Shown one piece after another: positions 39,040-47,945 of a DNA stretch of 64,000 nt. The position numbers and the translations under genes were made by a program. The DNA comes from Planctomycetota bacterium (lineage in GTDB: Bacteria; Planctomycetota; UBA1135; UBA2386). The notes beneath the pieces are model-generated. The model had not been told where the DNA came from, made no database searches, and was given only the letters and a program-made list of their open reading frames with translations. The stretch lies in the NCBI GenBank assembly GCA_039815565.1, contig JBCBZB010000009.1:21461-85460 (forward strand), read 5' to 3'. Every line of letters starts with the position of its first letter. Positions within the stretch are counted from its first letter, which is position 1.

Positions 39040-40044
39040 TCAGAGAATGAACCGATCCCCGGCCTGCACCACGTCGAATCCACGCGCGCGAACTTCGGCG
39101 CGCAGCTCCTCGTCGTGCAGAACCTGATTGGTGTGATTGAGGTGTAGGAACTGCACCGAGCCGGGCCGCTCCGCGACGCGCTCCTGCAACAGGTCCATCG
39201 TGCGCAGCATCAACGGATGCGGCACCTCGCTCGGATCACGATGCGGCAACTCACTGCCGTCGTAGAAGGTCCCGTCGACCAGAGCGATGTCCACGCCGTC
39301 GAGCAGCCGATCGAGGAGGCCCGGAGACTTCTCCCAGGCGTCGATATCCGGCACGAAGAGCAAGGATCTGATCGGGCCTTCGATCACGAAGGCCATCGTG
39401 TCCGAGAACTCATCGCGATGCGGCACCGGGATCGATCGGACGCTCAGGCCGCCCCAGGGCTCGAACGACTCTCCGGGTTCGAAACTCGTGATGTCGATCT
39501 GCCCCAACTCGACGAGCTGACTCCAGGGGCCACCCGATCGCAGGAACTCGGCGAATCGCGTCGAGCAGTGAACCGGGAGATCGCGTGCACCGAGCACTTC
39601 GCGTCCGAAGAGAGCGAGCCCGAGATAGTGCCCGATGTGGGCATGGGTGAGCACCACCGCATCGACCGGTGCACGGCCGGTTCGATCGAGGCCACTCCAC
39701 TCGTCGAGAAGCCCGATCTGCTCTTCGATCTTTGGCGTCGCTTCGACGAGCAGCACCTGATCGTTGCGCCGGTCGACGACCCCGAGAGACACCGGATACT
39801 CAACTCGGCCGCTTGCGCGCGCCTCGCGGCAGCAGGCGCGACGACAACCGAGATGCGGGAGTCCCCCGTCCTGAGCGATCCCGAGGACGAAGACTTCGAC
39901 GGACGCCGATGCCCGCGGCGTGACGCCGGACTCGGAACCGGCGGCGGCGTCGACGGACGGCTGCTGGCAACCGAAGATCGTCAGGAGCCAGACGAAGACG
40001 AGAACGTGAGCACTCCTCCGAGCGCCCAATTCAGCGCCGCTCAC
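39040..40044 (-). CDS. PqqB-like metallo-beta-lactamase fold hydrolase, lipoprotein
   Basis: LGIAQDGGLPHLGC..CC, THAHIGHY, VPHRDEFSDT, DGTFY, HLNHTN; lipobox IFGC. Confidence 0.85.
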   Translation of the reverse strand: MSGAELGARRSAHVLVFVWLLTIFGCQQPSVDAAAGSESGVTPRASASVEVFVLGIAQDGGLPHLGCRRACCREARASGRVEYPVSLGVVDRRNDQVLLVEATPKIEEQIGLLDEWSGLDRTGRAPVDAVVLTHAHIGHYLGLALFGREVLGARDLPVHCSTRFAEFLRSGGPWSQLVELGQIDITSFEPGESFEPWGGLSVRSIPVPHRDEFSDTMAFVIEGPIRSLLFVPDIDAWEKSPGLLDRLLDGVDIALVDGTFYDGSELPHRDPSEVPHPLMLRTMDLLQERVAERPGSVQFLHLNHTNQVLHDEELRAEVRARGFDVVQAGDRFIL

Positions 40045-41188
40045 GATCTGCGGCGTCTCCTTGATCGCCCTCGCCCTCGGCGGCTTGCTGCTTCAGCGCC
40101 GCCATCCCGCGCGCCATCTCTTGCAGCGCAGCGCGGAACGGCTGATCCGCGACGTCTGGCCAATCGTGCTTCTCGTTGGCGGTCACCGTCGAGAGAACTT
40201 CGAGCTGACGCGGCGAGAGGAGCGCGCGAACATTCTCCCGCCGTGCGAGTCCACGGTTCACCCGCGCCGCCTGCAGAGGCGCCATCGGCACGTGGCGGAG
40301 CTGCGTCCGCCGAATGTGGTGTTTCGGATCGCGGTCCGCTCGCGGATCACCCGAAAACTCCCGCGCTCGCCCCTCGACCTTGGCCTCCGCGATCTCGCGC
40401 TCGGACGCATCCATCCAGTAGACCGTACTCGCACACTCGCGCGACTGCGCCTGGTCGACCAGCTGCGCGTAGCTCACCTGCTCCGGATCGTAGTAGACCT
40501 CGACGACCTCCTTTCCGTCGTGCCAGGCGGCGTGCGTCTCGTAGACGCCGGGCACCCCAGCGAACTCGACTTCGCCGACCCAGAAGCAGTGCATCGCGAA
40601 CACCGCGCGCTTGAGTCCGCGGTCGCGCGCGGCTTCTTCCTCGGCGAGGAGGCGAAGGTAGCTCGGCACCGTCTGCTCGGCTTCTTCGAGCGCACGCACC
40701 ATCCCGGTGGCGATTCCACCGACGGTCCAGGTGCGATCGAGTCGAGGCAGCAGGTCCTCGCCTTCGGCGTTCACGAGACGAAGCACCGGGTTGTTCCAAG
40801 CCGGCTCCTCCATCTGCTTGCGCACCTCGTCATCGCGGTCCCCGCTCGAGTTGTTGCGGAGCGCGACCGGCACGAACAGCGTCTCGGCCGCCTCGACCAG
40901 GAGCGGGTGCGACAACACATTCTGCGCGTAGTTCGTGCAGGTCATGCAGCCCGGGATCTCCTGAAACTGCAGGAAGACCGGCTTGCCCTCGGCCTTCGCC
41001 CGGGCGAGGCCTTCGTCGTAGTCGCGCACGAAGCGCACGAGGCCGAGCTCTTCGGGGTTGCCGACGTCCTCATGGCTCCGGGGGTATACGGGACCGTCGG
41101 CCGACTCACTCTGTTGAGCACAAGACGAGGAAGCGAGAGCGAGACCAAGCGCCACAGCTCGGATCACGGTGGTTCGAATCTGCATCAT
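40031..41188 (-). CDS. VPGUxxT-type thioredoxin-like protein with MsrA-like C-terminal domain (Cys form)
   Basis: Lipoprotein-like signal SSSC; FQEIPGCMTC, LSHPLLVEA, EPAWNNP; MHCFWVGE, EVVEVYYDP. Confidence 0.8.
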   Translation of the reverse strand: MMQIRTTVIRAVALGLALASSSCAQQSESADGPVYPRSHEDVGNPEELGLVRFVRDYDEGLARAKAEGKPVFLQFQEIPGCMTCTNYAQNVLSHPLLVEAAETLFVPVALRNNSSGDRDDEVRKQMEEPAWNNPVLRLVNAEGEDLLPRLDRTWTVGGIATGMVRALEEAEQTVPSYLRLLAEEEAARDRGLKRAVFAMHCFWVGEVEFAGVPGVYETHAAWHDGKEVVEVYYDPEQVSYAQLVDQAQSRECASTVYWMDASEREIAEAKVEGRAREFSGDPRADRDPKHHIRRTQLRHVPMAPLQAARVNRGLARRENVRALLSPRQLEVLSTVTANEKHDWPDVADQPFRAALQEMARGMAALKQQAAEGEGDQGDAADRERR

Positions 41189-41259
41189 GGTTCCACGACC
41201 CCGAGGGTCGACTTCGATCGGCATGCTACTCGGATCGGCCCCGGAGGTTTCGCAAGACC

Positions 41260-42972
41260 TCACCCGCCCCCGAGCTTCTTCTCGATCTTCGCCCAGGAGT
41301 CCCGAAGACGCACGGTCAGGTTGAACACTGGCGCGCCCACATTCGAGTGGACGGAATCGGCACAGTAGTAGCCCTTCCGCTCGAACTGGAACGCCGCACC
41401 GACCGGCATGTCGAGGACGCTCGGCTCCGCGAAGACCTCGCCTTTCACCAGCGAGTCCGGGTTCAGGTTGTCGAGCCAGGTGGGCTCGCACCCGTCGGCG
41501 GACGGCTCCGGAACTTCGTTCGGATTCTCGACGCTGAACAAGCGGTCGTAGTTGAGGGCCTCGCAGCGAACCGCGTGCTCCTTGCTGACCCAGTGGATCG
41601 TGCCGCGGACCTTGCGCTCGTCGGGAGTGTTGCCGCCGCGAGACTCGGGATCGTGAGTCGCGAGCAGACGAGTGACCCGGCCCTCCGCGTCCTTCTCGAC
41701 TTCGTTGACGGTGACGTAATAGCCGTAGCGGAAGCGAACCTCCTTGCCGATTGCGAGGCGGTGCCACTTGCGCGGCGCGTCCTCGCGGAAGTCCTCGCGC
41801 TCGACGAGCAGGGTGCCGGTGAACGGGACCGTGCGTTTCCCGGCGGACTCGTCCTGTGGGTTGTTGGTCGCGTCGACCATGTCGACCTTGCCCTCTGGCC
41901 AGTCGGTGATGACCAGCTCGACCGGGTCGAACACGCCCATCCGACGCTGTGCGGATTCGTTCAGCTCGTCGCGAATGAAGTTCTCGAAGAGGCCGAGGTC
42001 ATGCACCGCGTTGAAGCGCGCCACGCCGATGTGTTCGCAGAACTTGCGGATCGACGCAGCGGGCACGCCACGACGACGCATACCCGAGACAGTCGGCATG
42101 CGCGGATCGCTCCAGCCCTCGACGTGTTCGCCCTCGACCAGCTGCAGTAGCTTGCGCTTGCTGAGCACGGTGTAGTTGACGTTGAGTCGCGCAAACTCGA
42201 TCTGCTGCGGGTGATGTCTACCGAGGTTCTCGAGGAACCAGTCGTAGAGCGGTCGATGGTGCTCGAACTCGAGCGTGCAGAGCGAGTGCGTGATCCCTTC
42301 ATAGCTGTCGCACTGACCGTGCGCCCAGTCGTACATCGGGTAGATCGACCAGGTGTCCCCGGTGCGATGGTGGTGCACCTTGCGGACCCGGTACATCGCC
42401 GGGTCGCGCATGTTGAGGTTCGGGTGCGCCATGTCGATCTTGGCGCGCAGGACGGCGGAGCCCTCGTCCATCTCACCCCGCTTCATCTTCTCGAGGAGTT
42501 CGAGGTTCTCCTCGACGGGACGATCGCGGAACGGCGAGTCCTTCCCCGGACTGTGGATGGTGCCCCGATACTCCGCCATCTGCTCCGCGTCGAGCTCATC
42601 GACGTAGGCGAGCCCTTTCTTCACGAGCGCCACCGCGTCTTCGTAGAGCGTGTCGAAGTTGTCCGACGCGAAGTAGAGATGCTCCCCCCAGTCGAATCCG
42701 AGCCAGCGGATGTCCGCCTGAATCGAATCGACGAACTCCTGATTCTCCTTCTCCGGGTTCGTGTCGTCGAACCGCAGGTGCACGGGCGTGCCGTACTCCT
42801 GCCCGAGGCCGAAGTTCAGGCAGATCGACTTGGCGTGGCCGATGTGCAAGTAGCCGTTCGGCTCGGGCGGGAAGCGCGTGCGCAGTTCGCCGCCGAACCG
42901 GCCGTTCTTGCGGTCCTCGTCGATGCGCTGACGGATGAAGTCCCGGTGCTCTCGGGACGGGGTGTCGGTCAT
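41260..42972 (-). CDS. glnS: Glutaminyl-tRNA synthetase
   Basis: TRFPPEPNGYLHIGHAK, LRFDDTNP, LSKR, GTIHWVS, FQFERKGY. Confidence 0.97.
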   Translation of the reverse strand: MTDTPSREHRDFIRQRIDEDRKNGRFGGELRTRFPPEPNGYLHIGHAKSICLNFGLGQEYGTPVHLRFDDTNPEKENQEFVDSIQADIRWLGFDWGEHLYFASDNFDTLYEDAVALVKKGLAYVDELDAEQMAEYRGTIHSPGKDSPFRDRPVEENLELLEKMKRGEMDEGSAVLRAKIDMAHPNLNMRDPAMYRVRKVHHHRTGDTWSIYPMYDWAHGQCDSYEGITHSLCTLEFEHHRPLYDWFLENLGRHHPQQIEFARLNVNYTVLSKRKLLQLVEGEHVEGWSDPRMPTVSGMRRRGVPAASIRKFCEHIGVARFNAVHDLGLFENFIRDELNESAQRRMGVFDPVELVITDWPEGKVDMVDATNNPQDESAGKRTVPFTGTLLVEREDFREDAPRKWHRLAIGKEVRFRYGYYVTVNEVEKDAEGRVTRLLATHDPESRGGNTPDERKVRGTIHWVSKEHAVRCEALNYDRLFSVENPNEVPEPSADGCEPTWLDNLNPDSLVKGEVFAEPSVLDMPVGAAFQFERKGYYCADSVHSNVGAPVFNLTVRLRDSWAKIEKKLGGG

Positions 42973-43186
42973 GTCGGGGTCTCACGCACTCGCAGAGCGG
43001 CGACGGATGCCGCCCGGCGGGCGTGGCTAGACGATACGCCGCAGGGGCCGATGACGTCGAGCAAGACACCGCGGTACTGCCTGAGGAACTCGTGCTCGAC
43101 TCGGCCCGGCCCCCAGGGAGCGTCGCCGGGGATGCTCGATCGACTTCAACTAGCGGTCGCGACCACCTCGCCACCAGATACCGATC

Positions 43187-43738
43187 TCAGTGAGACCCAC
43201 GTGAATTGACGTTCCGCTGCGCAACCTCGACCAACTCGCCACGACGCACTTCGTAGCTGACCACACGCTCCACGGCATGCTGCCCCTGTCGCATCTTCTG
43301 CCGGACCACGTCGAGCTCCATGCCTTCGATGATCGGCAGTAGCGCCACGGCCCGGAACCCATCCTCAGCCCCTGGTGTCGAGCGCTTCTCTTCGTGGATC
43401 AGATCGGAGCTCTCCCAGATCCAGGTATCGTCGACCGAGACGAACTGACATCGGTGATTCTTACGGCTCTTGGCGACCAGCCCACCGGGACAGACGACGA
43501 ACGCGCCCTCGATCCAGGGCAACACGGCGAGACCATCTCGCCCGAACCCCGATTCGAAGGCAGCCGCGAGAACGGCGTCACGGTCCCCGGCAGCGAGCGC
43601 CCGCTCCTGGACCTCCTCCCGAATCGCCGCGCCGAGGTGGATGAGCAGGTCGTCGGAGAGCTTCCCGACCAACTCGCGGGCAGTCTCCGGATCGTCGCGC
43701 AGGTGCTTGACGATCGTGCCGTAGCGTCGAGTGGCCAA
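43187..43738 (-). CDS. Hypothetical protein
   Basis: C-terminal ~180 aa of the track ORF 43187..44044 looks protein-like and fills a gap; start (TTG 43738) uncertain. Confidence 0.6.
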   Translation of the reverse strand: MATRRYGTIVKHLRDDPETARELVGKLSDDLLIHLGAAIREEVQERALAAGDRDAVLAAAFESGFGRDGLAVLPWIEGAFVVCPGGLVAKSRKNHRCQFVSVDDTWIWESSDLIHEEKRSTPGAEDGFRAVALLPIIEGMELDVVRQKMRQGQHAVERVVSYEVRRGELVEVAQRNVNSRGSH

Positions 43739-43772
43739 GCCCGGATCATCGCGATCGATCTCACCAACACAA

Positions 43773-43805
43773 GATTTGTGCAATCGAGGAGTCTGCCCCG
43801 GACAT
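43773..43805 (+). promoter_or_regulatory. Putative autoregulatory ECF promoter GATT-N3-GCAA-N15-CGGACAT
   Basis: 18 nt upstream of the sigma ATG; same motif and spacing at 45219-45251. Confidence 0.7.
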
Positions 43806-43823
43806 CTACGTCCCGCCTCGCGG

Positions 43824-44393
43824 ATGTCCGACAAGCCGCCGCAACCCCTGACCCTGGAACAATTCGCCGAGCGCTTTGAGCGTGCGGCTCCCGTTCTGTG
43901 GTGTGTCGCGGCAGCAGTCGTCCGATCGCGGGACACCGCCGAGGATGTGGTGCAGGACGCCGCGGTCCATGCGATGGCACGACTCACGACCTTCGAACCC
44001 GGGACCAACTTCACCGCCTGGATGACCAGGATCGTGAGATTCACCGCCCTGAATCAGGTCCGCCGAACGCAGAAAGGGCCTCGACTGCTCGATCCCGAAG
44101 GAACGGACCCCGAAGCCCCCAGCCAGAGCAGTGAGTTCGTGTCCGAGTGCGGTGCACTCCTCCCCGACCAGGCAGGCCTGGATGACCGGGTCGTGGCGGG
44201 GCTCAACTCCCTCAACGAGACCGAACGGGCCTGCTTGCTCCTGCGCACGGTGCTCGAGCTGTCGTATCGTGAGATCGGCTCGTCGCTCGACATCCCGCAG
44301 GGCACGGCGATGAGCCATGTACACAGAGCGCGTCAGCACCTCGCCGCCCAACTCCGTCGAACGCCCAGCGTGGGCGTAGAGAACACTCGATGA
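43824..44393 (+). CDS. ECF family RNA polymerase sigma factor
   Basis: AEDVVQDA, FTAWMTRI (region 2); LSYREIG..LDIPQGTAMSHVHRAR (region 4). Confidence 0.93.
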   Translation: MSDKPPQPLTLEQFAERFERAAPVLWCVAAAVVRSRDTAEDVVQDAAVHAMARLTTFEPGTNFTAWMTRIVRFTALNQVRRTQKGPRLLDPEGTDPEAPSQSSEFVSECGALLPDQAGLDDRVVAGLNSLNETERACLLLRTVLELSYREIGSSLDIPQGTAMSHVHRARQHLAAQLRRTPSVGVENTR

Positions 44394-45163
44394 ACGCTCA
44401 GGACCGAGACGACCTTCAGCGATGGCTCGATGGCTCCCTCGAGGGGGCCGCGCTCACGGACTTCGAGCGACGTTGCGAGACCGACCCGGAACTGCGGGAT
44501 GAAATCCGGCTCCACCAGTCGATCGACCAGTCACTGCGCCGGAGCTTCAGTGTTCCGGAGCTGAATCTCGAACGAGCAGGGCCTCCCCGTCGCGTCGCGC
44601 CGTGGATTCCGTTCGTCCTGGGCGCGCTCGGAGCGGCCGCGATGATGCTCGTCTGGCTGCAGCCCTGGAACACGCCCGAGGAGCCAAGCCCAGAGCCGGA
44701 AGTCGCTCAGATGCTGCGCAGCGCTGTCGGTCGGAGCTGGCTCCTGTGTTGTGAGCAACCAGAGGAACTACCGACGGCGATCGATTGGTCCGCCACGTCC
44801 AACCTTCCGGGCCCGCCCATTGCGCCCACCGGTTGCTCGATGCCGGATCAACTTCCTCTCTACATTCAGCCCCTGGCGCCTGACCTGCCATCTCCCCTCG
44901 TCTGGAGGGCTCAGCCGGGGGTTCAGTTCCAACGCGGACTTGAGGAACGACCGGAAGAAGGCCTTCGCGTGATCGAACTCCTGGTCGAGCCCAGCACGAA
45001 GACGTTTCTGTTCGTCGTGTCTTCCACCAACGATCCGCGACCGACGCTCCCGGAGGCATCCGAGTGGCGCTTGTTCCGCGACGTGCGTGGACCGCTGGTT
45101 CTGTACGAACTCACGCCGCTCGATCGACCGCGCGGCCTCGAGTGCGTCGGCGACGTGAACTGA
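44390..45163 (+). CDS. Transmembrane anti-sigma factor
   Basis: ATGA overlap with sigma; ASD-like WLDGSL..FERRCETDPE; single TM; periplasmic part with 4 Cys. Confidence 0.8.
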   Translation: MNAQDRDDLQRWLDGSLEGAALTDFERRCETDPELRDEIRLHQSIDQSLRRSFSVPELNLERAGPPRRVAPWIPFVLGALGAAAMMLVWLQPWNTPEEPSPEPEVAQMLRSAVGRSWLLCCEQPEELPTAIDWSATSNLPGPPIAPTGCSMPDQLPLYIQPLAPDLPSPLVWRAQPGVQFQRGLEERPEEGLRVIELLVEPSTKTFLFVVSSTNDPRPTLPEASEWRLFRDVRGPLVLYELTPLDRPRGLECVGDVN

Positions 45164-45218
45164 ACGGTCCCGACGGGGTCTGCGCCAGCCCGCCACCGCT
45201 CCGACCGGACGATTCCGG

Positions 45219-45251
45219 GATTGTCGCAAGAGTCTCGCTGACTTCGGACAT
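45219..45251 (+). promoter_or_regulatory. Putative ECF-dependent promoter of the radical SAM operon
   Basis: GATTgtcGCAA-N15-CGGACAT, 8 nt upstream of ATG 45260; matches 43773-43805. Confidence 0.7.
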
Positions 45252-45259
45252 GTGCGGGC

Positions 45260-46726
45260 ATGACCGCCGTCCCCATCCCCGAGAGCACTGCTTCGCCGGG
45301 ACTGTTCCACACCCGCTACACGTCTGTTGCGAGGAACACGATCGACTACTGGATGCTCCCAGACGATCCGTCGATGACCGTCGAACGGGTGGAGCGTGCG
45401 ATCGAGAACACACCAGCGCTGGACGATGCGTCGCTTCAGCTCTACGTGCACGTGCCCTTCTGCGCCCAGCGCTGTCGTTTCTGCGCCTTTTCGGGAGGCA
45501 ACAGCCTCGAGTTCGATGTCGCCGAACGCTACTCGAGACTGCTCGTCGAACAGATGCGCCACTACGTCGGCCGCATCGCGATCTCAGGCCGCGCCGTCCG
45601 ATCGGTCCATCTCGGCGGCGGAAGTCCGGACCTACTCGGGCCGCACGCGAGGACCGTGCTGCGGGGCATCCGCGACCTGCCCGGAGTGACCGACGAGACC
45701 GAGATCGCCGTCGAGTTCACGGCGAGCACCGTGACCGAAGAGTTCCTGGACACGCTCGTCGAGCACGAGGTCACGAAGGCATCTTTCGGAGTGCAATCCG
45801 TCGATCCGCGCGTCCGGCGAGCGATGCGACAGCCACCGACGATGCGGCACGTGGAGCAGGCCCTTCGATGGATCGACGGACGAATCCCGATCGTGAACGC
45901 CGACTTGATTACCGGCATGCCCGGACAGGACCTCTCAACCGTCAACCGCGATCTCCGCGCGATGCTCGAGGAACCCCGCATCCACGGCATCAGCTCCTAC
46001 TTGCTCACTTCGAGTGCCGCCCCCTCGCTGGTCGCCGCAGTCGACAGTGGAGAAGTCCCCGAACCACCGTCGCCAGCGATTCAGGCCGCGATGCGGCTCC
46101 ACACCTACAGCACCCTGCAGCGAGAGGGGTGGATCCGGCGAGGCACGAACACCTACCTCGACCCGTCCCGGATCGCTCCCGAAGTCTTCACGCGCGTGTC
46201 GGGCAACGAGTGCATCGGCGGCGGCGACTACGAGTCGTTCCTCCTGGGCATCGGGGCCCAGGCCGTCGGCAACCTCCCGGGAGTACGCGTCGAGAACCTC
46301 GTCGACGTGAATGCTTGGTGCGACGCCGTCGAATCAGGTGCTCCTCCCTGGCACGCGGCCAAGTGCGCGACTGAGCACCAACGCGACACGGCCCTCTGGG
46401 TGATGCCTCTTCGTTGGGAGGGGCTGCCCCGCCGACGGTTCGAGCGAATGCTGCACGCGGGCGTGTTGTCGCAGCGTCAACTTCGAACCCTGGAGGACCT
46501 CACGCGTGAGGGCTTGCTGGTCGAGACCGCCGAGGGCTACGAACTTTCGATCCTCGGTGAAGTGTTCATGGGCCACCTGGTGCGGGATCTGAAGTCACCC
46601 GACGCCCGGCGTGCGGTCGACCACTACGCCGATGAAGGCGATGCACTCGGTAGCGCGATCGCGAGCGGGGCACTTCCTGACGCCAACATCGCCAACGACC
46701 GCCAACGAGCACCACGCCAGCTGTGA
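45260..46726 (+). CDS. HemN-like radical SAM enzyme (HemN/class C methyltransferase clade), substrate unknown
   Basis: LYVHVPFCAQRCRFC, HLGGGSP, SFGVQS, NADLITGMPGQ, LGIGAQA. Confidence 0.88.
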   Translation: MTAVPIPESTASPGLFHTRYTSVARNTIDYWMLPDDPSMTVERVERAIENTPALDDASLQLYVHVPFCAQRCRFCAFSGGNSLEFDVAERYSRLLVEQMRHYVGRIAISGRAVRSVHLGGGSPDLLGPHARTVLRGIRDLPGVTDETEIAVEFTASTVTEEFLDTLVEHEVTKASFGVQSVDPRVRRAMRQPPTMRHVEQALRWIDGRIPIVNADLITGMPGQDLSTVNRDLRAMLEEPRIHGISSYLLTSSAAPSLVAAVDSGEVPEPPSPAIQAAMRLHTYSTLQREGWIRRGTNTYLDPSRIAPEVFTRVSGNECIGGGDYESFLLGIGAQAVGNLPGVRVENLVDVNAWCDAVESGAPPWHAAKCATEHQRDTALWVMPLRWEGLPRRRFERMLHAGVLSQRQLRTLEDLTREGLLVETAEGYELSILGEVFMGHLVRDLKSPDARRAVDHYADEGDALGSAIASGALPDANIANDRQRAPRQL

Positions 46727-46736
46727 GGCGGATCGG

Positions 46737-47945
46737 ATGCTTCGTGAACTCCTCGGATTGCCAGGCCCCTTGCGGGCGCTCTTCGCTTCGACCGCGGTCT
46801 TGCGGCTCGGCGCTTTCGTCTATCCCTACCTGGCGATCTACCTGACTCGTGAGCGGGGCTTCTCGACCCTCGACGCCGGCTGGATCCTCGCCGCTGGAGG
46901 ATTGGGCCTCATGCTCGGGAACCTCGTCGGGGGCCAGATGGCAGACAGCGTCGGCCGTAAGACGACGCTTCTCTGCGCTCTTGCGATCAACGCAGCCGGA
47001 TACCTCGCCCTGCTCTCGCCACACGAGACCGGAACGGGCTACGCCCTCTCGCTCGGCTTCGCCTACCTGGGCATGGGGATGTTCACTCCGGCTGCCCAGG
47101 CGGCCGTCTCGGATCTCGCTCCAGACAGTCAACGAACCCTCGCCTACACCGGCTTCTACCTCAGTAGCAATCTCGGGATCGCGCTCGGCCCATTGGTCGG
47201 CGGAATCCTCGCCAGCCAATCGTTCACCCTCGTGTTCGTCGGCGACGTCGTCTCGACTCTGATTTGCGCCGCCCTACTGCTCCTCGGTCTTCCAGGACTC
47301 TCCGCGAAACCCGGTCGAAGCACGACCTCTCCCCCGCCCAGAGCTCTTCGAGCCTACGGACGCCACCCGAGAGTGGTTCTGGTCTGCGCCGCAGGCTTCT
47401 TCCTGACCGCCCCGTTGATGGGCCTCGAGTACGCCGTACCGCTACTGGTCGAGCGTGAGTTCGCAGCTCCGCTGCATTGGGTCGGCGTCGTGTACACGAT
47501 CAACGCGGTCACGATCCTCATCTGCAGCTTCTGGCTCGAGCGCACCGTGCGAGGCAAGCCCGAACTTCCGTTCCTGATGATCGCAGCCGTTCTGTGGACG
47601 ACCGGGCTGCTCGTCCTCGGAGTTGGCTGGTCGGTCGCAGCGATCCTCGGATCGACCCTGATCTGGACGCTCGGTGAGATCCTGACCTCGATCTTGATCC
47701 CAAGTTACGTCGCCGGGCGTGTCGCGCCGGAAGTGAAGGGCAGATTCCTCGCTCTGGTCGACCTCGGCCGAAGCACGGCGACTCTCGTCGCACCCGTGGG
47801 ACTCGGCTACCTGTGGAACTCGCACGGGTCGAGATCCGCAGTCGGCGCGATTCTCGGCGTCTCCGTCCTTGGAATCGCAGCGTTCGTGACGCTGAACATC
47901 ACGCGGTCGAAGAGGGCCGAACTTCTGTCGGGGGGCGCGTCATGA
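46737..47945 (+). CDS. MFS efflux transporter (MdtH/YdeE-like)
   Basis: PYLAIYLT, GGQMADSVGRK (motif A), NLGIALGPLVGG; ~12 TM helices. Confidence 0.9.
   Translation: MLRELLGLPGPLRALFASTAVLRLGAFVYPYLAIYLTRERGFSTLDAGWILAAGGLGLMLGNLVGGQMADSVGRKTTLLCALAINAAGYLALLSPHETGTGYALSLGFAYLGMGMFTPAAQAAVSDLAPDSQRTLAYTGFYLSSNLGIALGPLVGGILASQSFTLVFVGDVVSTLICAALLLLGLPGLSAKPGRSTTSPPPRALRAYGRHPRVVLVCAAGFFLTAPLMGLEYAVPLLVEREFAAPLHWVGVVYTINAVTILICSFWLERTVRGKPELPFLMIAAVLWTTGLLVLGVGWSVAAILGSTLIWTLGEILTSILIPSYVAGRVAPEVKGRFLALVDLGRSTATLVAPVGLGYLWNSHGSRSAVGAILGVSVLGIAAFVTLNITRSKRAELLSGGAS

Noticed and set aside
39040-40044. PQQ biosynthesis cluster
   Set aside because: No pqqA, C, D or E in the window; the radical SAM enzyme is HemN-like, not PqqE/SPASM
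40935-40965. Possible selenoprotein (VPGUxxT family)
   Set aside because: The codon is TGC (IPGCMTC); there is no in-frame TGA
42977-43198. 9-bp inverted repeat GGGTCTCAC/GTGAGACCC flanking ~200 bp (possible MITE)
   Set aside because: Short, one arm lies in coding sequence, and no target-site duplication or second copy was seen
45164-45259. RiPP precursor peptide upstream of the radical SAM gene
   Set aside because: The gap is 96 bp, largely occupied by the promoter motif; no credible small ORF
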